Assembly (NCBI GenBank): GCA_963737905.1
Contig: CAVTUQ010000020.1
Span: forward strand, 1-54,000
From: an uncultured delta proteobacterium
Lineage (GTDB): Bacteria > Desulfobacterota > Binatia > UBA9968
Length of the DNA stretch: 54,000 bases
Reading direction: 5' to 3'
Part shown: positions 25,284 to 36,199 of the stretch, piece after piece
Position numbering within the stretch: the stretch's first letter is position 1
How the letters are laid out: each line of letters opens with the position of its first letter
Notes under the pieces: generated by a model
What the model saw: only the letters and a program-made list of their open reading frames with translations
Told to the model about the DNA's origin: nothing
The model's database searches: none
Position numbers and translations under genes: made by a program

Positions 25284-26717
25284 ATGGAACCCATTAAAAC
25301 CGACATTGTCGTCCTGGGCGCCGGGCCCGGAGGGTACACCGCCGCATTTTATGCCGCCGACAGGGGCAAAAAAGTAACCTTGGTGGAGCAAAATCCGCGG
25401 CTCGGGGGAATTTGTCTCAACAGCGGATGCATTCCTTCCAAGGCATTGTTGCATGCTACGGAAATTCTTCGCGAAGCCAAGGATTCCGCCGCGCGGGGTA
25501 TCGAATTCGGCGAACCTAAAATCGATCTCGATAAACTGCGCGCTTGGAAAGAATCAATCCTGGAAAGATTGGGTCAAGGGATCAAAGGCCTAGCCCAAAA
25601 ACGCGGCGTCCAAGTGATCCACGGTAGAGGTCACTTCGAAGATTCACGCACCCTCCGCGTCGAAACTACCGAAGGACAAAAATTCGTCAGCTATGAGAAG
25701 GCTATTATCGCCGTCGGCTCCAAACCGGCAATGCCGTCTGCTTTCGATCTCGGGAACAAAAGAATCATGACTTCCACCGAGGCACTGGATGTCCAGGACG
25801 TTCCCAACGATCTCCTCGTCGTGGGTGGTGGCTATATTGGTATGGAACTGGGCACCGTATATGCCGACCTCGGCAGCCACGTGGTTGTGCTCGAAGCTAT
25901 GCCTTCTATATTGACGGGAGTCGATCCCGACCTTGTGCGGCCGGTCAGCCGAGCGGCGCAAAAGGCTTTCAAGGAAATCCGGGTCAACACCAAAGTGCTG
26001 AAAATGGCGACGGCAGGCAAGCAAATCAAAGTCACCATGGAAATCGACAAACAGCAACGGGAAGAGCTCTATGACCGAGTCTTGGTCAGCGTAGGCCGCG
26101 CTCCGAACTACGTCGACTTGGGATTGGAAAACACCAGGGTCAGTAAAGACGATAAAGGTTTTATCAAGTGTAATCCGCAGCAGCAGACCGACGATCCTGA
26201 CATCTACGCCATCGGTGACGTCAACGGCGGTGCGCTTCTCGCGCACCGTGCCTCGAAAGAAGCGCGGATTGCCGTGGAGGCGATGTTGGGCGAAGCCAGC
26301 GCCTTCGAAAACATCGTTATCCCTGCAGTCGTGTACACCCGTCCGGAAGTCGCCTGGTGCGGGTTGACGGAGGCAGAGGCCAAGCAAAAAAACATCGATA
26401 TTAGGGTCGCCAAGTTTTTGTGGGGAGCTTCGGGCAGAGCCCTCACTTTGGATCGAACGGATGGGCTGACAAAATTAATCATCGATCCCGATACCGAAAG
26501 AATCCTCGGAGTGGGTATAGCCGGCGTCAATGCCGGAGAGCTCATCGCCGAAGGTGTCCTCGCGGTTGAAATGGGAGCCACCGCCAAGGATATCGCCGAG
26601 TCCGTCCATCCGCATCCCACGCTGTCCGAAACGCTGATGGAAGCCGCCGAGGTTTTCTACGGCACCGCAACCCACACGCTGCCAGCACGAAGAGAACCCG
26701 CTGAGAACCCGCACTAA
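25284..26717 (+). CDS. lpdA: Dihydrolipoamide dehydrogenase E3
   Basis: GAGPGGY, GGICLNSGCIPSK, GGGYIGME, HPHPTLSE. Confidence 0.97.
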   Translation: MEPIKTDIVVLGAGPGGYTAAFYAADRGKKVTLVEQNPRLGGICLNSGCIPSKALLHATEILREAKDSAARGIEFGEPKIDLDKLRAWKESILERLGQGIKGLAQKRGVQVIHGRGHFEDSRTLRVETTEGQKFVSYEKAIIAVGSKPAMPSAFDLGNKRIMTSTEALDVQDVPNDLLVVGGGYIGMELGTVYADLGSHVVVLEAMPSILTGVDPDLVRPVSRAAQKAFKEIRVNTKVLKMATAGKQIKVTMEIDKQQREELYDRVLVSVGRAPNYVDLGLENTRVSKDDKGFIKCNPQQQTDDPDIYAIGDVNGGALLAHRASKEARIAVEAMLGEASAFENIVIPAVVYTRPEVAWCGLTEAEAKQKNIDIRVAKFLWGASGRALTLDRTDGLTKLIIDPDTERILGVGIAGVNAGELIAEGVLAVEMGATAKDIAESVHPHPTLSETLMEAAEVFYGTATHTLPARREPAENPH

Positions 26718-26954
26718 CATGAACTGCGAAGTTATTTCGCGCCTGCTGTAGACCGCAATTTTCCTGCAAAGCTTCTGACAACGGTGTTTTGCATCTCGAA
26801 TCCCACCGTGGTCAACAATCGCTCCACGGAACTGCAATGAAATAGTTGGCATTGCCCATGAACTGTGGCAGAGTTAACCAAAAAGCCGGAAAGCAGGCTC
26901 TAAGATTTGTCTGCCGGCACAACCGTTCCCGGATCCAGTTTCGAGGTTAGCCTT

Positions 26955-28103
26955 GTGATCAATCAAAACAGACTGAAGAACCTCCTGATCGAGCTCATCA
27001 AGATCGACAGTCTCTCCCGCAAGGAGCGCCATGTTGCCCTCCGTCTCCAACGGGAGATGGAGAGTCTGGGCGCGACGGTTTGGATTGATGACGCGGGAGA
27101 AAAGGTCGGCGGCGATACAGGCAATTTGATCGCTCACTTCCCCGGCACGGCTTTGGGTACTCCTCCTTTGCTGCTTTCCGCTCACATGGATACGGTCGTT
27201 CCGGGTGAAGGGATAGTTCCGATGCTCGACGGTGATATTTTACGCACCGACGGCCGGACCGTTCTGGGCGGTGACGACAAGAGCGGGGTCGCCATCATTT
27301 GCGAAGTGTTGCGCGTCATTAAGGAAAGTCAGATTCCTTGTAGTGACGTCGACATCGTCTTTACCATCTGCGAGGAAGCCGGTCTCATTGGTGCGAAATG
27401 TCTCGACGTGAGCCGTTTGCGCGCCCGCACCGGACTAGTGCTGGACAGCGACTCCGTGGGTTTTTTGTTCACTAAGGCTCCTGCCGCCAACCGCATGGAG
27501 TTTCATATCAGCGGCTTGGAAGCCCATGCCGGCGTCTGCCCCGAGAAGGGAATCAGCGCGATCAAGGTCGCTGCCGAAGGCATCGCGCGCATGCAACTGG
27601 GCCGAATCGACTCTGAAACCACAGCCAATATCGGCGTCATCGAAGGGGGCATGGCCGTCAACATCGTCCCGAACTCAGTGGTGCTTCGAGGTGAAGCAAG
27701 GAGTCACAGCGAGGAAAAACTAGAGCGCCAGACGCAGCATATGGCGGACTGTCTCCGTGAGGCAGCCCGCCAGCACGTCTTAGAACTGGACGGCAAGCGT
27801 TTTCAGGCTAGCGTCGAAACAAAGATCGAGCGCGACTACGATCGCATGCACGTTCCTGACGACTCGGCGATCGTAAGGCTTGTGCAAGCAGCAGCCAAAA
27901 ACCTTCATCTCGAACTGAAGACCCTCGCCACCGGAGGCGGCTGCGATGCCAACGTGCTGAACCAGAAAGGGCTGGAGGTCGCCAACTTATCCACCGGCAT
28001 GAGGGAAATCCATACGGTCCACGAATGGCTGGATCTGAAAGACCTCTACCTATCCGCAGAAGTCGTGCTGGAGATTGTCCGTCTCAACGGCGCAAGCCAT
28101 TGA
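26955..28103 (+). CDS. M20 family metallopeptidase (peptidase T-like)
   Basis: SAHMDTV, LGGDDKSG, FTICEEAG, GGGCDAN, IHT..E; GTG start with GAGG SD. Confidence 0.9.
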   Translation: MINQNRLKNLLIELIKIDSLSRKERHVALRLQREMESLGATVWIDDAGEKVGGDTGNLIAHFPGTALGTPPLLLSAHMDTVVPGEGIVPMLDGDILRTDGRTVLGGDDKSGVAIICEVLRVIKESQIPCSDVDIVFTICEEAGLIGAKCLDVSRLRARTGLVLDSDSVGFLFTKAPAANRMEFHISGLEAHAGVCPEKGISAIKVAAEGIARMQLGRIDSETTANIGVIEGGMAVNIVPNSVVLRGEARSHSEEKLERQTQHMADCLREAARQHVLELDGKRFQASVETKIERDYDRMHVPDDSAIVRLVQAAAKNLHLELKTLATGGGCDANVLNQKGLEVANLSTGMREIHTVHEWLDLKDLYLSAEVVLEIVRLNGASH

Positions 28104-28164
28104 AGGGATCCACGTTGCTCCCCTTCCGTTAAACTAGTTACTCGGACTCCAACGAGCCGCACCC

Positions 28165-29610
28165 ATGCATGCTGAAGAAATCGGGATCCTTCTCAAGCAG
28201 GAGCGTGGACAATTTCTCGAATTCTTGAGCGCCTACGAGTATCGGCGGGGCGGAACCCAGAAGAAAAGAGATGATGAGCTCGCACGCGAAATCGTCCGCG
28301 TTCTCTCGGGCATGGCCAATGCTGACGGCGGAACGCTTTTGGTTGGTGTCGAACCCGACCGAAGCGTGACCGGAGTTCCTCACGAACACGGGGAAGTCCA
28401 AAGTTTGGTCCAATCCCCTCAAGCGCTTCTGACCCCCCCGCTCAACCCAACGTCGTCAAAAATTCGACTCGGCAACCTCCTCTTGATCAAGTTCGAAGTG
28501 GCGTCCGCACTTGAGGTCTATCGCGTCACGGGGGGACGTTCGTTTTACCGCGTCTCCACGGAGACACCGTCGCTTCCCGCGGAACAAATTCAGGCTCTCA
28601 GAGAAGCCAAACGAAGCGTGTTTTACGAAAGGCAACAACCCTTGAACGCCGGATGGGACGATCTGGACCCGACTCCCATTGCTGCTTTGATGGCCCGGGT
28701 TGAAGATTCCAGGCCGCCGGAGTCGGTTCTTGCTCGCTCCTATCATCTGGTGGATACCTCCCGACGGCCGCCGACCCCCAACATGGCAAGTCTACTGCTT
28801 TTCGCCAAAGATCCGGCTTTGTGGCATCCTCGCTGCGGCATCGACTTTGTCAAATATGAAGGCACCGAGAGGCAGCACGGCGCATCGCTCAATGTCGTCA
28901 AGCGCATTCGCTTCGAAGCACCGCTCGTGCGCCTGATCGATGAAGCGGTGGGGCGTATCAAAGAACATGTCCGGGAGCGGACGGTGCTCCACGACCTGTT
29001 TTTTCGGGAGCGACTCGAGTATCCCACTTTTGCTTGGCAGGAGGCCTTGGTCAACGCGGTAGCGCACCGGGATTATGGCATTATCGGCGCCGCCATCGAG
29101 ATCTGGATGTTCGATGATCGGGTCGAGGTACGCAGCCCTGGTCTTCCGCCTCCGCCCGTAACCCTCGAACAGTTGCGTCAGCGCAAGAGCATCCACTTTT
29201 CCCGCAACCCGCTGATCGTTCGTGTGCTAGCCGATCTCGGCTATCTGAGGGAAATGGGTGAAGGCATACCGCGAATTTTTCAAGAGATGGAGCACTATGG
29301 TCTTCACCCTCCGGAATTCTCCGTCGAGGGCTTTCTCTTCATCGTCACGTTGCGCAACACAGCCGTCTATGACGAAGATACCCTCCGCTGGCTCAGCCAG
29401 TTTTCGACGACGCAGATCAACTTCCGCCAGCGTCGGCTTTTGGCCTATGCCTTCTGTCACGGCAAGACTTTCTCCACCGCCGAGTATGAACGCATTGCCG
29501 AAGTCGATCGCGACGCTGCTTATCGGGAGATTCGCGCGATGGTGAAAAGCGGCATCGTCGCGCCCCTGAAACCAAAGAGCCGGAGTTACCGGATCATCGA
29601 AAGGCTCTAA
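28165..29610 (+). CDS. AlbA_2 (Schlafen-like) + HATPase_c_4 + HTH protein
   Basis: E....EF.S, MANADGGTLLVGV, EALVNAVAHRDY, FDDRVEVRSPG, SRNPLI, EMGEGIPRI, C-terminal HTH-like region. Confidence 0.88.
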   Translation: MHAEEIGILLKQERGQFLEFLSAYEYRRGGTQKKRDDELAREIVRVLSGMANADGGTLLVGVEPDRSVTGVPHEHGEVQSLVQSPQALLTPPLNPTSSKIRLGNLLLIKFEVASALEVYRVTGGRSFYRVSTETPSLPAEQIQALREAKRSVFYERQQPLNAGWDDLDPTPIAALMARVEDSRPPESVLARSYHLVDTSRRPPTPNMASLLLFAKDPALWHPRCGIDFVKYEGTERQHGASLNVVKRIRFEAPLVRLIDEAVGRIKEHVRERTVLHDLFFRERLEYPTFAWQEALVNAVAHRDYGIIGAAIEIWMFDDRVEVRSPGLPPPPVTLEQLRQRKSIHFSRNPLIVRVLADLGYLREMGEGIPRIFQEMEHYGLHPPEFSVEGFLFIVTLRNTAVYDEDTLRWLSQFSTTQINFRQRRLLAYAFCHGKTFSTAEYERIAEVDRDAAYREIRAMVKSGIVAPLKPKSRSYRIIERL

Positions 29611-29622
29611 CGACGAGACCCG

Positions 29623-30612
29623 ATGGATTTCACGGAACTCATGCGTTTGGCCGGCGGTCACGTCGAAGCGCGGCTCGTTCAGACCGCGGTTGAACTGGGG
29701 ATTTTCGACGCACTGGAAGACTCCGCAGCCACCGCTGACGCAGTCGCGGAGCGACTCGACCTCGAGCCGAGGGCAACGGAGCTGTCGCTCAACGCTCTGG
29801 TATCCTTGGCGCTTTTACACAAGCGAGCCGAAACCTTTTCTCTGACCGAAGCCGCAATCCAATATCTCCTCAAAAGTTCACCGCAATATGTCGGTGGCAT
29901 GATCCGCTTCGACTCGTCGTTGTGGAATTGTTGGGAGAGACTTCCTGAAGCCATTCGCGCCGGCCGACCGGTCCGTCCCCCGAACATGTACCAAGGCGAT
30001 CCTGCCGAAACCGAGATCTTCATTAGCGCAATGGACTCGCTAGTGAAGGCCCGCGGCGATGCGGAAACGGTAGCGAACATTATCGATTGGAGCCGCATGA
30101 CCGATCTACTGGACGTAGGTTCGGGCCCGGCAACTTATCCGATTGCGCTCTGCCGGCGCTTCCCCAAGCTTCATGCCACGATCTTCGATCTGCCCGACAC
30201 TCTTAGGATCACCGAAAGATACGTTCGAGAGGCGAGTATGGCCGAACGAATACGGCTCATCGCCGGCGACTATCGGAGCGATCCAATCCCCGGTAGCTAC
30301 CACCTCGTTTTTCTCTCGAACATCATTCACGGCGAAGGCGAGCAAGACAACGCCTCCCTGGTTCGCAAACTGGCCTCTAACCTTAAACTAGGCGGTCGGC
30401 TCGTCGTTAAAGATCATATCCTCGACGATCACCGTACAAGTCCTCCGGTCGGTGCTATCTTTAGTTTGCTGATGCTTCTCACGACCGAATCGGGCCGCTG
30501 TTATAGCTTCGGTGAAATAAAGTTCTGGATGGAACACGCCGGTCTAAGTCGCGTAGAGCGCCTTGACCTTCCGGCACCCCTAACCTCTTCGCTCGTTATC
30601 GGCACCAAGTAA
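29623..30612 (+). CDS. SAM-dependent O-methyltransferase (dimerisation domain + methyltransferase)
   Basis: AVELGIFD, LLDVGSGPA, FDLP, AGDY, LSNIIH, GGRLVV. Confidence 0.9.
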   Translation: MDFTELMRLAGGHVEARLVQTAVELGIFDALEDSAATADAVAERLDLEPRATELSLNALVSLALLHKRAETFSLTEAAIQYLLKSSPQYVGGMIRFDSSLWNCWERLPEAIRAGRPVRPPNMYQGDPAETEIFISAMDSLVKARGDAETVANIIDWSRMTDLLDVGSGPATYPIALCRRFPKLHATIFDLPDTLRITERYVREASMAERIRLIAGDYRSDPIPGSYHLVFLSNIIHGEGEQDNASLVRKLASNLKLGGRLVVKDHILDDHRTSPPVGAIFSLLMLLTTESGRCYSFGEIKFWMEHAGLSRVERLDLPAPLTSSLVIGTK

Positions 30613-30677
30613 TTAGCTTGACGCAAAATTGTGCTACACTGTTCAGGTATTCACGTCAAAGGAAGGGGCATCTCGCC

Positions 30678-30986
30678 ATCGACGAATTGGAACAAAAGGC
30701 TAGAGAGCAGGCGATCATCGAAAACCTCAAACCGGCCTGCCTCTGCAACAAGATCCGCAGAGGTACCGTGCTCAAGGCTATTCAGGCGGGAGCCAAGACT
30801 TTCGAGCAGGTCAGCAAACGTACCGGCGTCGGCAACGGCCCGTGCGGCGGCAGGCGTTGCGGCTCGATGGTTCGAGGGATGTTGGGAGAGCCGGTGGTGA
30901 GTTGCAATGAATGTGGCTGGCCGGTCTTAGCAGGCGCTGGTCCACAAGTCTGCCCGCGCTGCGACTATGCCAAACAAGAAGGCTGA
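30678..30986 (+). CDS. BFD-like [2Fe-2S] protein with C-terminal CxxC...CxxC
   Basis: CLC...TGVGNGPCGGRRC (BFD-like) plus CNECG...CPRC. Start uncertain: ATC 30678 behind SD GGAAGGGG, TTG 30687 or TTG 30618. Confidence 0.8.
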   Translation: MDELEQKAREQAIIENLKPACLCNKIRRGTVLKAIQAGAKTFEQVSKRTGVGNGPCGGRRCGSMVRGMLGEPVVSCNECGWPVLAGAGPQVCPRCDYAKQEG

Positions 30987-31159
30987 CGTGGCCGCCACAC
31001 GCGGCTACCGTTTTCTTCCAAGTCTTCGGCCATCGTAACGTAATAACTTCCACGGTTTCTTTTGAGCAACAGCCCAAGGAGGTCAGAACGACAGCACCTT
31101 GACTGAAGTTTTTGTTGTCGTATATAGGCTTCAAAGGTACTCCACGCCGAGAGCCCGCC

Positions 31160-31978
31160 ATGACCGAAACTTCTGCGTCCAAACTCGTCGTACGCAACCT
31201 GCGCAAGAGTTTCCGCAGCCAGCGCTCCGAAGAACCGATCCAGGTATTCGATGACATCTCCTTCGAAGTTCATCCATCGGAATTCATCTCACTGGTGGGG
31301 CCGAGCGGCTGCGGCAAAACAACCTTTCTCAGGATTCTTGACGGGTTAATTCCCCGTGATGACGGGGAAATCCTGCTCGACGGCAAAGCGGTCATCAAGC
31401 CCGGCCCCGACAAAGGTTTTGTTTTCCAGGACTCTTCCCTTCTGCTTTGGCGGACCGTCATCGACAACGTCATTCTTGGGCTCGAGCTTCAAGGGGTTGA
31501 CATAAGAGAGGCTCGAAAAAAAGCCGCGCAGTATATCGCTCTTGTCGGGCTCGCTGGATTCGAGCAGCACTACCCCCACGAACTCTCCGGAGGCATGCAG
31601 CAGCGCGTTAACCTCGCCCGCGCGCTGATTGTCGATCCCGAAATACTACTCATGGATGAGCCCTTCGCTTCGCTGGACGCCCAGACGCGGGAGATCATGC
31701 AAGCGGAGCTGCTAAAAATGTGGCGGCAAACTCGGAAGACCGTCATTTTCGTCACGCACCAGATCGAAGAAGCGATTTATCTCTCCGATCGGGTGGTGGT
31801 TTTCTCGGCGCGTCCGGCTAAAATCCGCGAGATTGTCAAAGTGAATCTTTCCCGGCCGCGATCGTTGAGCATCAAAAGAAGCAAAGCGTTTCTCGACCTT
31901 GCCGATCACGTCTGGAACCTCATTCAAGAAGAAGTGCTCAAAGCCATGGGGCGAGAGGGCGAAGAGGGAATCTTGTGA
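31160..31978 (+). CDS. NitT/TauT family ABC transporter ATP-binding protein
   Basis: [27 protein letters not shown]. Confidence 0.95.
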   Translation: MTETSASKLVVRNLRKSFRSQRSEEPIQVFDDISFEVHPSEFISLVGPSGCGKTTFLRILDGLIPRDDGEILLDGKAVIKPGPDKGFVFQDSSLLLWRTVIDNVILGLELQGVDIREARKKAAQYIALVGLAGFEQHYPHELSGGMQQRVNLARALIVDPEILLMDEPFASLDAQTREIMQAELLKMWRQTRKTVIFVTHQIEEAIYLSDRVVVFSARPAKIREIVKVNLSRPRSLSIKRSKAFLDLADHVWNLIQEEVLKAMGREGEEGIL

Positions 31979-32826
31979 AATCCGCCGCCAAACAAGATCC
32001 CCTCATTCCCGCCTGGTTGCGCTCGTCCCGCGTGATCGGTGCTCTCTCACTGCTTGCCGGAATTGCCCTTTGGCAGCTCGCCTACGACGGTCTGGCCCGG
32101 ACGGTTTACTTTCAAGCCTACTCGATCAATCATTTTTTGGCTTCTCCTTGGCAGGTGATTCAAACCTTTGGCGAACTCTATCGCAATGGAGAGCTTGTCA
32201 GGAACTCTTATTTCAGCTTCATGGAGTTTGCCTACGGATTTTTGCTGGCTATCGCAGTCGGAGTCCCTTTCGGTTTTATCATGGCGACGCAAAAGAAAAT
32301 CGATAACTACCTAGACCCCTGGGTTTCCTGCATCTACGCCACCCCGCGCGTGGCCTTGGCACCGATCATTGTGGTCTGGTTTGGATTGGGGATTTTTCCA
32401 GCCTCGCTGGTGGTTTTCCTGGGGGCCGTCTTCCCCATTCTGCTGAACAGCTACACCGGGATCAAATCCGTCAGACAAAACCTGGTTGACGTCGTCAGGG
32501 CCTTCGGCGGCTCGCCTCTGCAAATATTTCTTAAGGTCATGATCCCAGACGCCACTCCGGCTATTATTGCCGGAATGCGACTGGCTGTGGGTCGTGCCGT
32601 GATCGGTGTCGTTGTAGCGGAATTGTTCGGCGCCGAGGCGGGCCTCGGATTTATGGTCTACTTTTATTCCCAGCGCTTCATGCCCGGCCCGGTATTCGTG
32701 GGGATAGTGATCTTGGTTATTTTTGGGATTCTAACGTTTGTCGCGCTGGAAAAAGTCCAACAGTGGCTTTCTCCCTGGTACACGTATCAGTTACGGCAAC
32801 AAGTGCAGGGCATGGAGATGGAATAG
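31975..32826 (+). CDS. NitT/TauT ABC transporter permease
   Basis: Multiple TMs, P..ALAPI...WFG.G, EAA-like loop, VVAELFG...GLG. Confidence 0.93.
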   Translation: MKSAAKQDPLIPAWLRSSRVIGALSLLAGIALWQLAYDGLARTVYFQAYSINHFLASPWQVIQTFGELYRNGELVRNSYFSFMEFAYGFLLAIAVGVPFGFIMATQKKIDNYLDPWVSCIYATPRVALAPIIVVWFGLGIFPASLVVFLGAVFPILLNSYTGIKSVRQNLVDVVRAFGGSPLQIFLKVMIPDATPAIIAGMRLAVGRAVIGVVVAELFGAEAGLGFMVYFYSQRFMPGPVFVGIVILVIFGILTFVALEKVQQWLSPWYTYQLRQQVQGMEME

Positions 32827-32828
32827 TC

Positions 32829-33611
32829 ATGGTTGGCCTCGCGAACATGTACCGCTCTCACGAAAAGAAATGGGATGGGGTCATTTCAGTCATCCTGGGA
32901 CTGCTCCTCTGGCAAATCGTCGATGCCACCTTGATCCGTAACCCTTTGGTTCTCGTCGGGCCGGAAAGCATAGCGGAGGCCTTCCTCAAACTGCTGGCGC
33001 GAGGTGAAATCCTGCGGAACGTTTACGCGACATTTGTGGAATTTATTCTGGGCTATGGGGTCGGCGTGGTTGTCGGCATCGTCCTTGGCGTAGTGATGGC
33101 GCTCAGCCGGACGGCCAAAGACATCCTCAGTCCTTGGGTGACGATCTCGTATAACGCACCCGTTATTCTTTTGGCACCGCTCTTCATTACCGCGCTTGGA
33201 GTCGGCATCGTCTCGAAAATCGCCATCGTGTTTATCTCGGCCGTCTTCCCGGTTTTGTTCAACACCTACACGGGCATCACCACCGTCGACGCGCGTTTGG
33301 TCGAAGCGGTGCGCGCTTTCGGCGGCACCCCCAGGCAAATTTTTTTCAAGGTGACCTTGCCCAGCTCGATACCCCTCATTATGACCGGGCTGCGCTTGAG
33401 CGTCGGGCGAGCGCTCGTCGGCGCCATTGTCAGCGAGTTTTTCGGCTCGCGGGCAGGACTTGGTTATCTGATCACCGCCGCGTCGGAGGCATTTCGAACC
33501 GCCGACGCATTCGTGGGTGTGGTTCTTCTCGCTATCGGCGGGTTCCTGGCCTTTGAAATCCTCAAATACGCGGAGCGCAAGATTGCCCCGTGGTATGCGT
33601 ACAAGGTATAA
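32829..33611 (+). CDS. NitT/TauT ABC transporter permease (second)
   Basis: Paralog of the previous gene; LVEAVRAFGG, GLRLSVGRA, GLGY. Confidence 0.93.
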   Translation: MVGLANMYRSHEKKWDGVISVILGLLLWQIVDATLIRNPLVLVGPESIAEAFLKLLARGEILRNVYATFVEFILGYGVGVVVGIVLGVVMALSRTAKDILSPWVTISYNAPVILLAPLFITALGVGIVSKIAIVFISAVFPVLFNTYTGITTVDARLVEAVRAFGGTPRQIFFKVTLPSSIPLIMTGLRLSVGRALVGAIVSEFFGSRAGLGYLITAASEAFRTADAFVGVVLLAIGGFLAFEILKYAERKIAPWYAYKV

Positions 33612-33643
33612 GAGTTTAGTCTTAGCGTGAAAGGAGCAATGCG

Positions 33644-34636
33644 ATGAAAAAACATTCGCTGGGTCGGGTCATGCTGATTGTTCTCGTGACTTTGAGCTTG
33701 CATTCCAACCGGCTATGGGCAGCCGATGAGATCAAGCTCGGGGTTCTCTCCACCGCGGGGGATCACTGGCCTCGATGGGTCGCCTGGGATCAGGGCTTTT
33801 TTAAAGAACAAAATCTCGAGGTCCGCGAGTTTCAAACCGATTCCATCGCGAAAGCAGTTCAAGCTCTATCCGCCGACTCGACGGATATGCTTTTTCCGGC
33901 AAATACCCAAGGGGTCGTCGTCGCGATGTCCAAGGGCGCCGCAATCAAAGTCGTTGCGGGTGATTTTACCAAGGCGCTGTACGACCTCATCGCCGGCGCC
34001 AAGTACAAGAAGGTCGAGGACCTAAAAGGCGGCACGATGGGCGTGATCAATCTCACGTCCGGGAGTACGGTGCTGTTACAGAAGATTCTTGGCGCCCACG
34101 GGCTCAAGTATCCCGGCGACTATGACTTGTTAACCGTCGGGGGAACCCCGGTTCGCTATGCGGCGGTGAAGAAGGGGGCGGTGGCTGCGGCCATGGTCAC
34201 GATCCCAACGTCCTACGAGGCAAAAGAAGACGGTTTGAACGTGCTGGCCAATATCTCCAACATTCTTCCGGACTATCAATTCACCGTCATCGCCGGAAAT
34301 ACGAGCTGGATGGCAGGCCACAAGGACCAAACCGTCCGGTTTCTCATGGCGATGATCAAGGCGATGCGCTTTCTCAATGACCCGAAGAATAAAGAAGCGT
34401 CGATGCAGAGCATGATCAAGCACTTCAAAGTGAACAAAAAGTATGCGGAGCTCGCCTATCACGAAGTGATGCAAGAACTGCGTCCGATCAACAATGACGC
34501 GGCTCCGAGCATCAAAGGCATGGAGACGGTGATTCAGCTCGAGGTCGAGAACAAAGGGCTGGACAAGTCTTACCCCGTAAAGCAGTTCATCGACGACGCC
34601 TATCGGCTGGAGGCGCTGAAGCGGCTTGGAAAGTAA
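33644..34636 (+). CDS. NitT/TauT (SsuA/THI5-like) substrate-binding protein
   Basis: Signal peptide, GFFKEQNLEV, DLKGG, VGGTPVRYAA. Confidence 0.9.
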   Translation: MKKHSLGRVMLIVLVTLSLHSNRLWAADEIKLGVLSTAGDHWPRWVAWDQGFFKEQNLEVREFQTDSIAKAVQALSADSTDMLFPANTQGVVVAMSKGAAIKVVAGDFTKALYDLIAGAKYKKVEDLKGGTMGVINLTSGSTVLLQKILGAHGLKYPGDYDLLTVGGTPVRYAAVKKGAVAAAMVTIPTSYEAKEDGLNVLANISNILPDYQFTVIAGNTSWMAGHKDQTVRFLMAMIKAMRFLNDPKNKEASMQSMIKHFKVNKKYAELAYHEVMQELRPINNDAAPSIKGMETVIQLEVENKGLDKSYPVKQFIDDAYRLEALKRLGK

Positions 34637-34646
34637 TGCTTAAGAG

Positions 34647-35417
34647 CTAAATCGCATGGACCGGTCGCCAGGCGAAGACCCTTTCTTCAACCCGGGCGAT
34701 CAGACCATGCTCGAGAATCAACATCAAGGCGACAAAAAGTATGATCCAGGCCATCACCTGAACCATGTTGAACTGTTCAAACCAAAACGTAAACATGTAG
34801 CCGATACCGAACTTGAGACCGAAGGTCTCAGCCAGCGCCACGATCTTCCACGTCATGCCGAAGGCGTAGCGAAAGGCGGAAAAAATGTAGGGCATGAGCT
34901 GCCAGATGAGGACCTTGCGGATCAGCAGGCTGCGATTGGCCTTGAAGGCGTGCGCCATGTCGATGAGTTCCTTGTCTAAAGCCTTGGTCCCGGCGAGCAT
35001 ATTCACAACGACAAACGGGGTAACGGTCAACACCACGGCAAAAAGCCCCCCAGCCTCGCTGAAACCAAACCATAAAACGCAGAGAAAAACCGCCAGCAAG
35101 GTCGGAATCGTCAGCGCCACCGGAATCAAGTAGCCCACGGCCAACTCCACCCTAGGTCTTAACCCCATCACCAAGCCGATGGCGATGCCCGCCAGCATCG
35201 CAATGCTGAACGTGACAAAAATTCGCGCTAGCGTGATGCCGATGTGAAACCAAGCGGTTTTGCCTTCCGGTCCGGGCGTGACAAAATTTTCGACGATCGT
35301 ATGCCCGATGGCCACCGGCCCGGGTAAGATTTGTGGAGAGCTGAGCCGCGACCCGAGCCACCAGAGAGCCAGAAAAGAAATGATCGAAACGACGCGCAGC
35401 AGCGTATGGTTTTTCAT
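34647..35417 (-). CDS. NitT/TauT ABC transporter permease
   Basis: TM helices, [23 protein letters not shown]. Confidence 0.92.
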   Translation of the reverse strand: MKNHTLLRVVSIISFLALWWLGSRLSSPQILPGPVAIGHTIVENFVTPGPEGKTAWFHIGITLARIFVTFSIAMLAGIAIGLVMGLRPRVELAVGYLIPVALTIPTLLAVFLCVLWFGFSEAGGLFAVVLTVTPFVVVNMLAGTKALDKELIDMAHAFKANRSLLIRKVLIWQLMPYIFSAFRYAFGMTWKIVALAETFGLKFGIGYMFTFWFEQFNMVQVMAWIILFVALMLILEHGLIARVEERVFAWRPVHAI

Positions 35418-36190
35418 CTTTGATCTTGTTCCAAGACGGCGAAAAATTCCTTGACCAGATCTTTCTCCAAGTCGAACAACCGTGGGTCCTCCGGCTCTCG
35501 CGGCCTTGGAATATTCACCCGCAGGTGTTTAAAGATGCGCGCCGGCTTGACACTCATCATGTAGACCTCTTCCGAGAGAAAAACCGCTTCGCGCAGGGAA
35601 TGGGTCACAAACATAATGGTCGGCTGGGCGTGTTCCAAGATGTGCATCAAGTCCACACGCATCTTTCGCGCCGTGATCTCGTCGAGGTGGCTGAACGGCT
35701 CGTCCATTAACAGGATGTCAGGCTCGATGGCGAGCGCCCGCGCAATCGCCACCCGTTGCTGCATGCCGCCGGAAAGTTTGAGCGGATAGTTGAGTTCTTG
35801 CCCGCTAAGACCCACCATTTCGAGATATTTTTCTACCCTTTCGACCCAACGCCGCCGGTCGATGGTTTGCGCTTCGAGGGCGAATTTGATGTTGTCTTCG
35901 ACGGTCAGCCAATTCAGCAATCGCGGGCTCTGAAAGACATAGCCGATGCGAGCGGCTAGATTTGTTCCGTCTTGGGGGATGATGCGCACGCGACCTGAAT
36001 CAAGAGTCTCGATCCCGGCGATGATGTTTAAGAGAGTGCTTTTACCGCAGCCGGAGGGACCGACGATGCTCGCGAAGGTACCGCGTTCAATTCGCAGATT
36101 TAGAGATTCTATGACGGCAAATCGGCTCAGCCCGCTGGGGGTGGGGAATGTTTTGCTCAAGCCTTCGATCTCGACAGCATTCGATGGCAT
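35414..36190 (-). CDS. NitT/TauT ABC transporter ATP-binding protein
   Basis: [27 protein letters not shown]. Confidence 0.95.
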   Translation of the reverse strand: MPSNAVEIEGLSKTFPTPSGLSRFAVIESLNLRIERGTFASIVGPSGCGKSTLLNIIAGIETLDSGRVRIIPQDGTNLAARIGYVFQSPRLLNWLTVEDNIKFALEAQTIDRRRWVERVEKYLEMVGLSGQELNYPLKLSGGMQQRVAIARALAIEPDILLMDEPFSHLDEITARKMRVDLMHILEHAQPTIMFVTHSLREAVFLSEEVYMMSVKPARIFKHLRVNIPRPREPEDPRLFDLEKDLVKEFFAVLEQDQR

Positions 36191-36199
36191 TCCCGTTCC

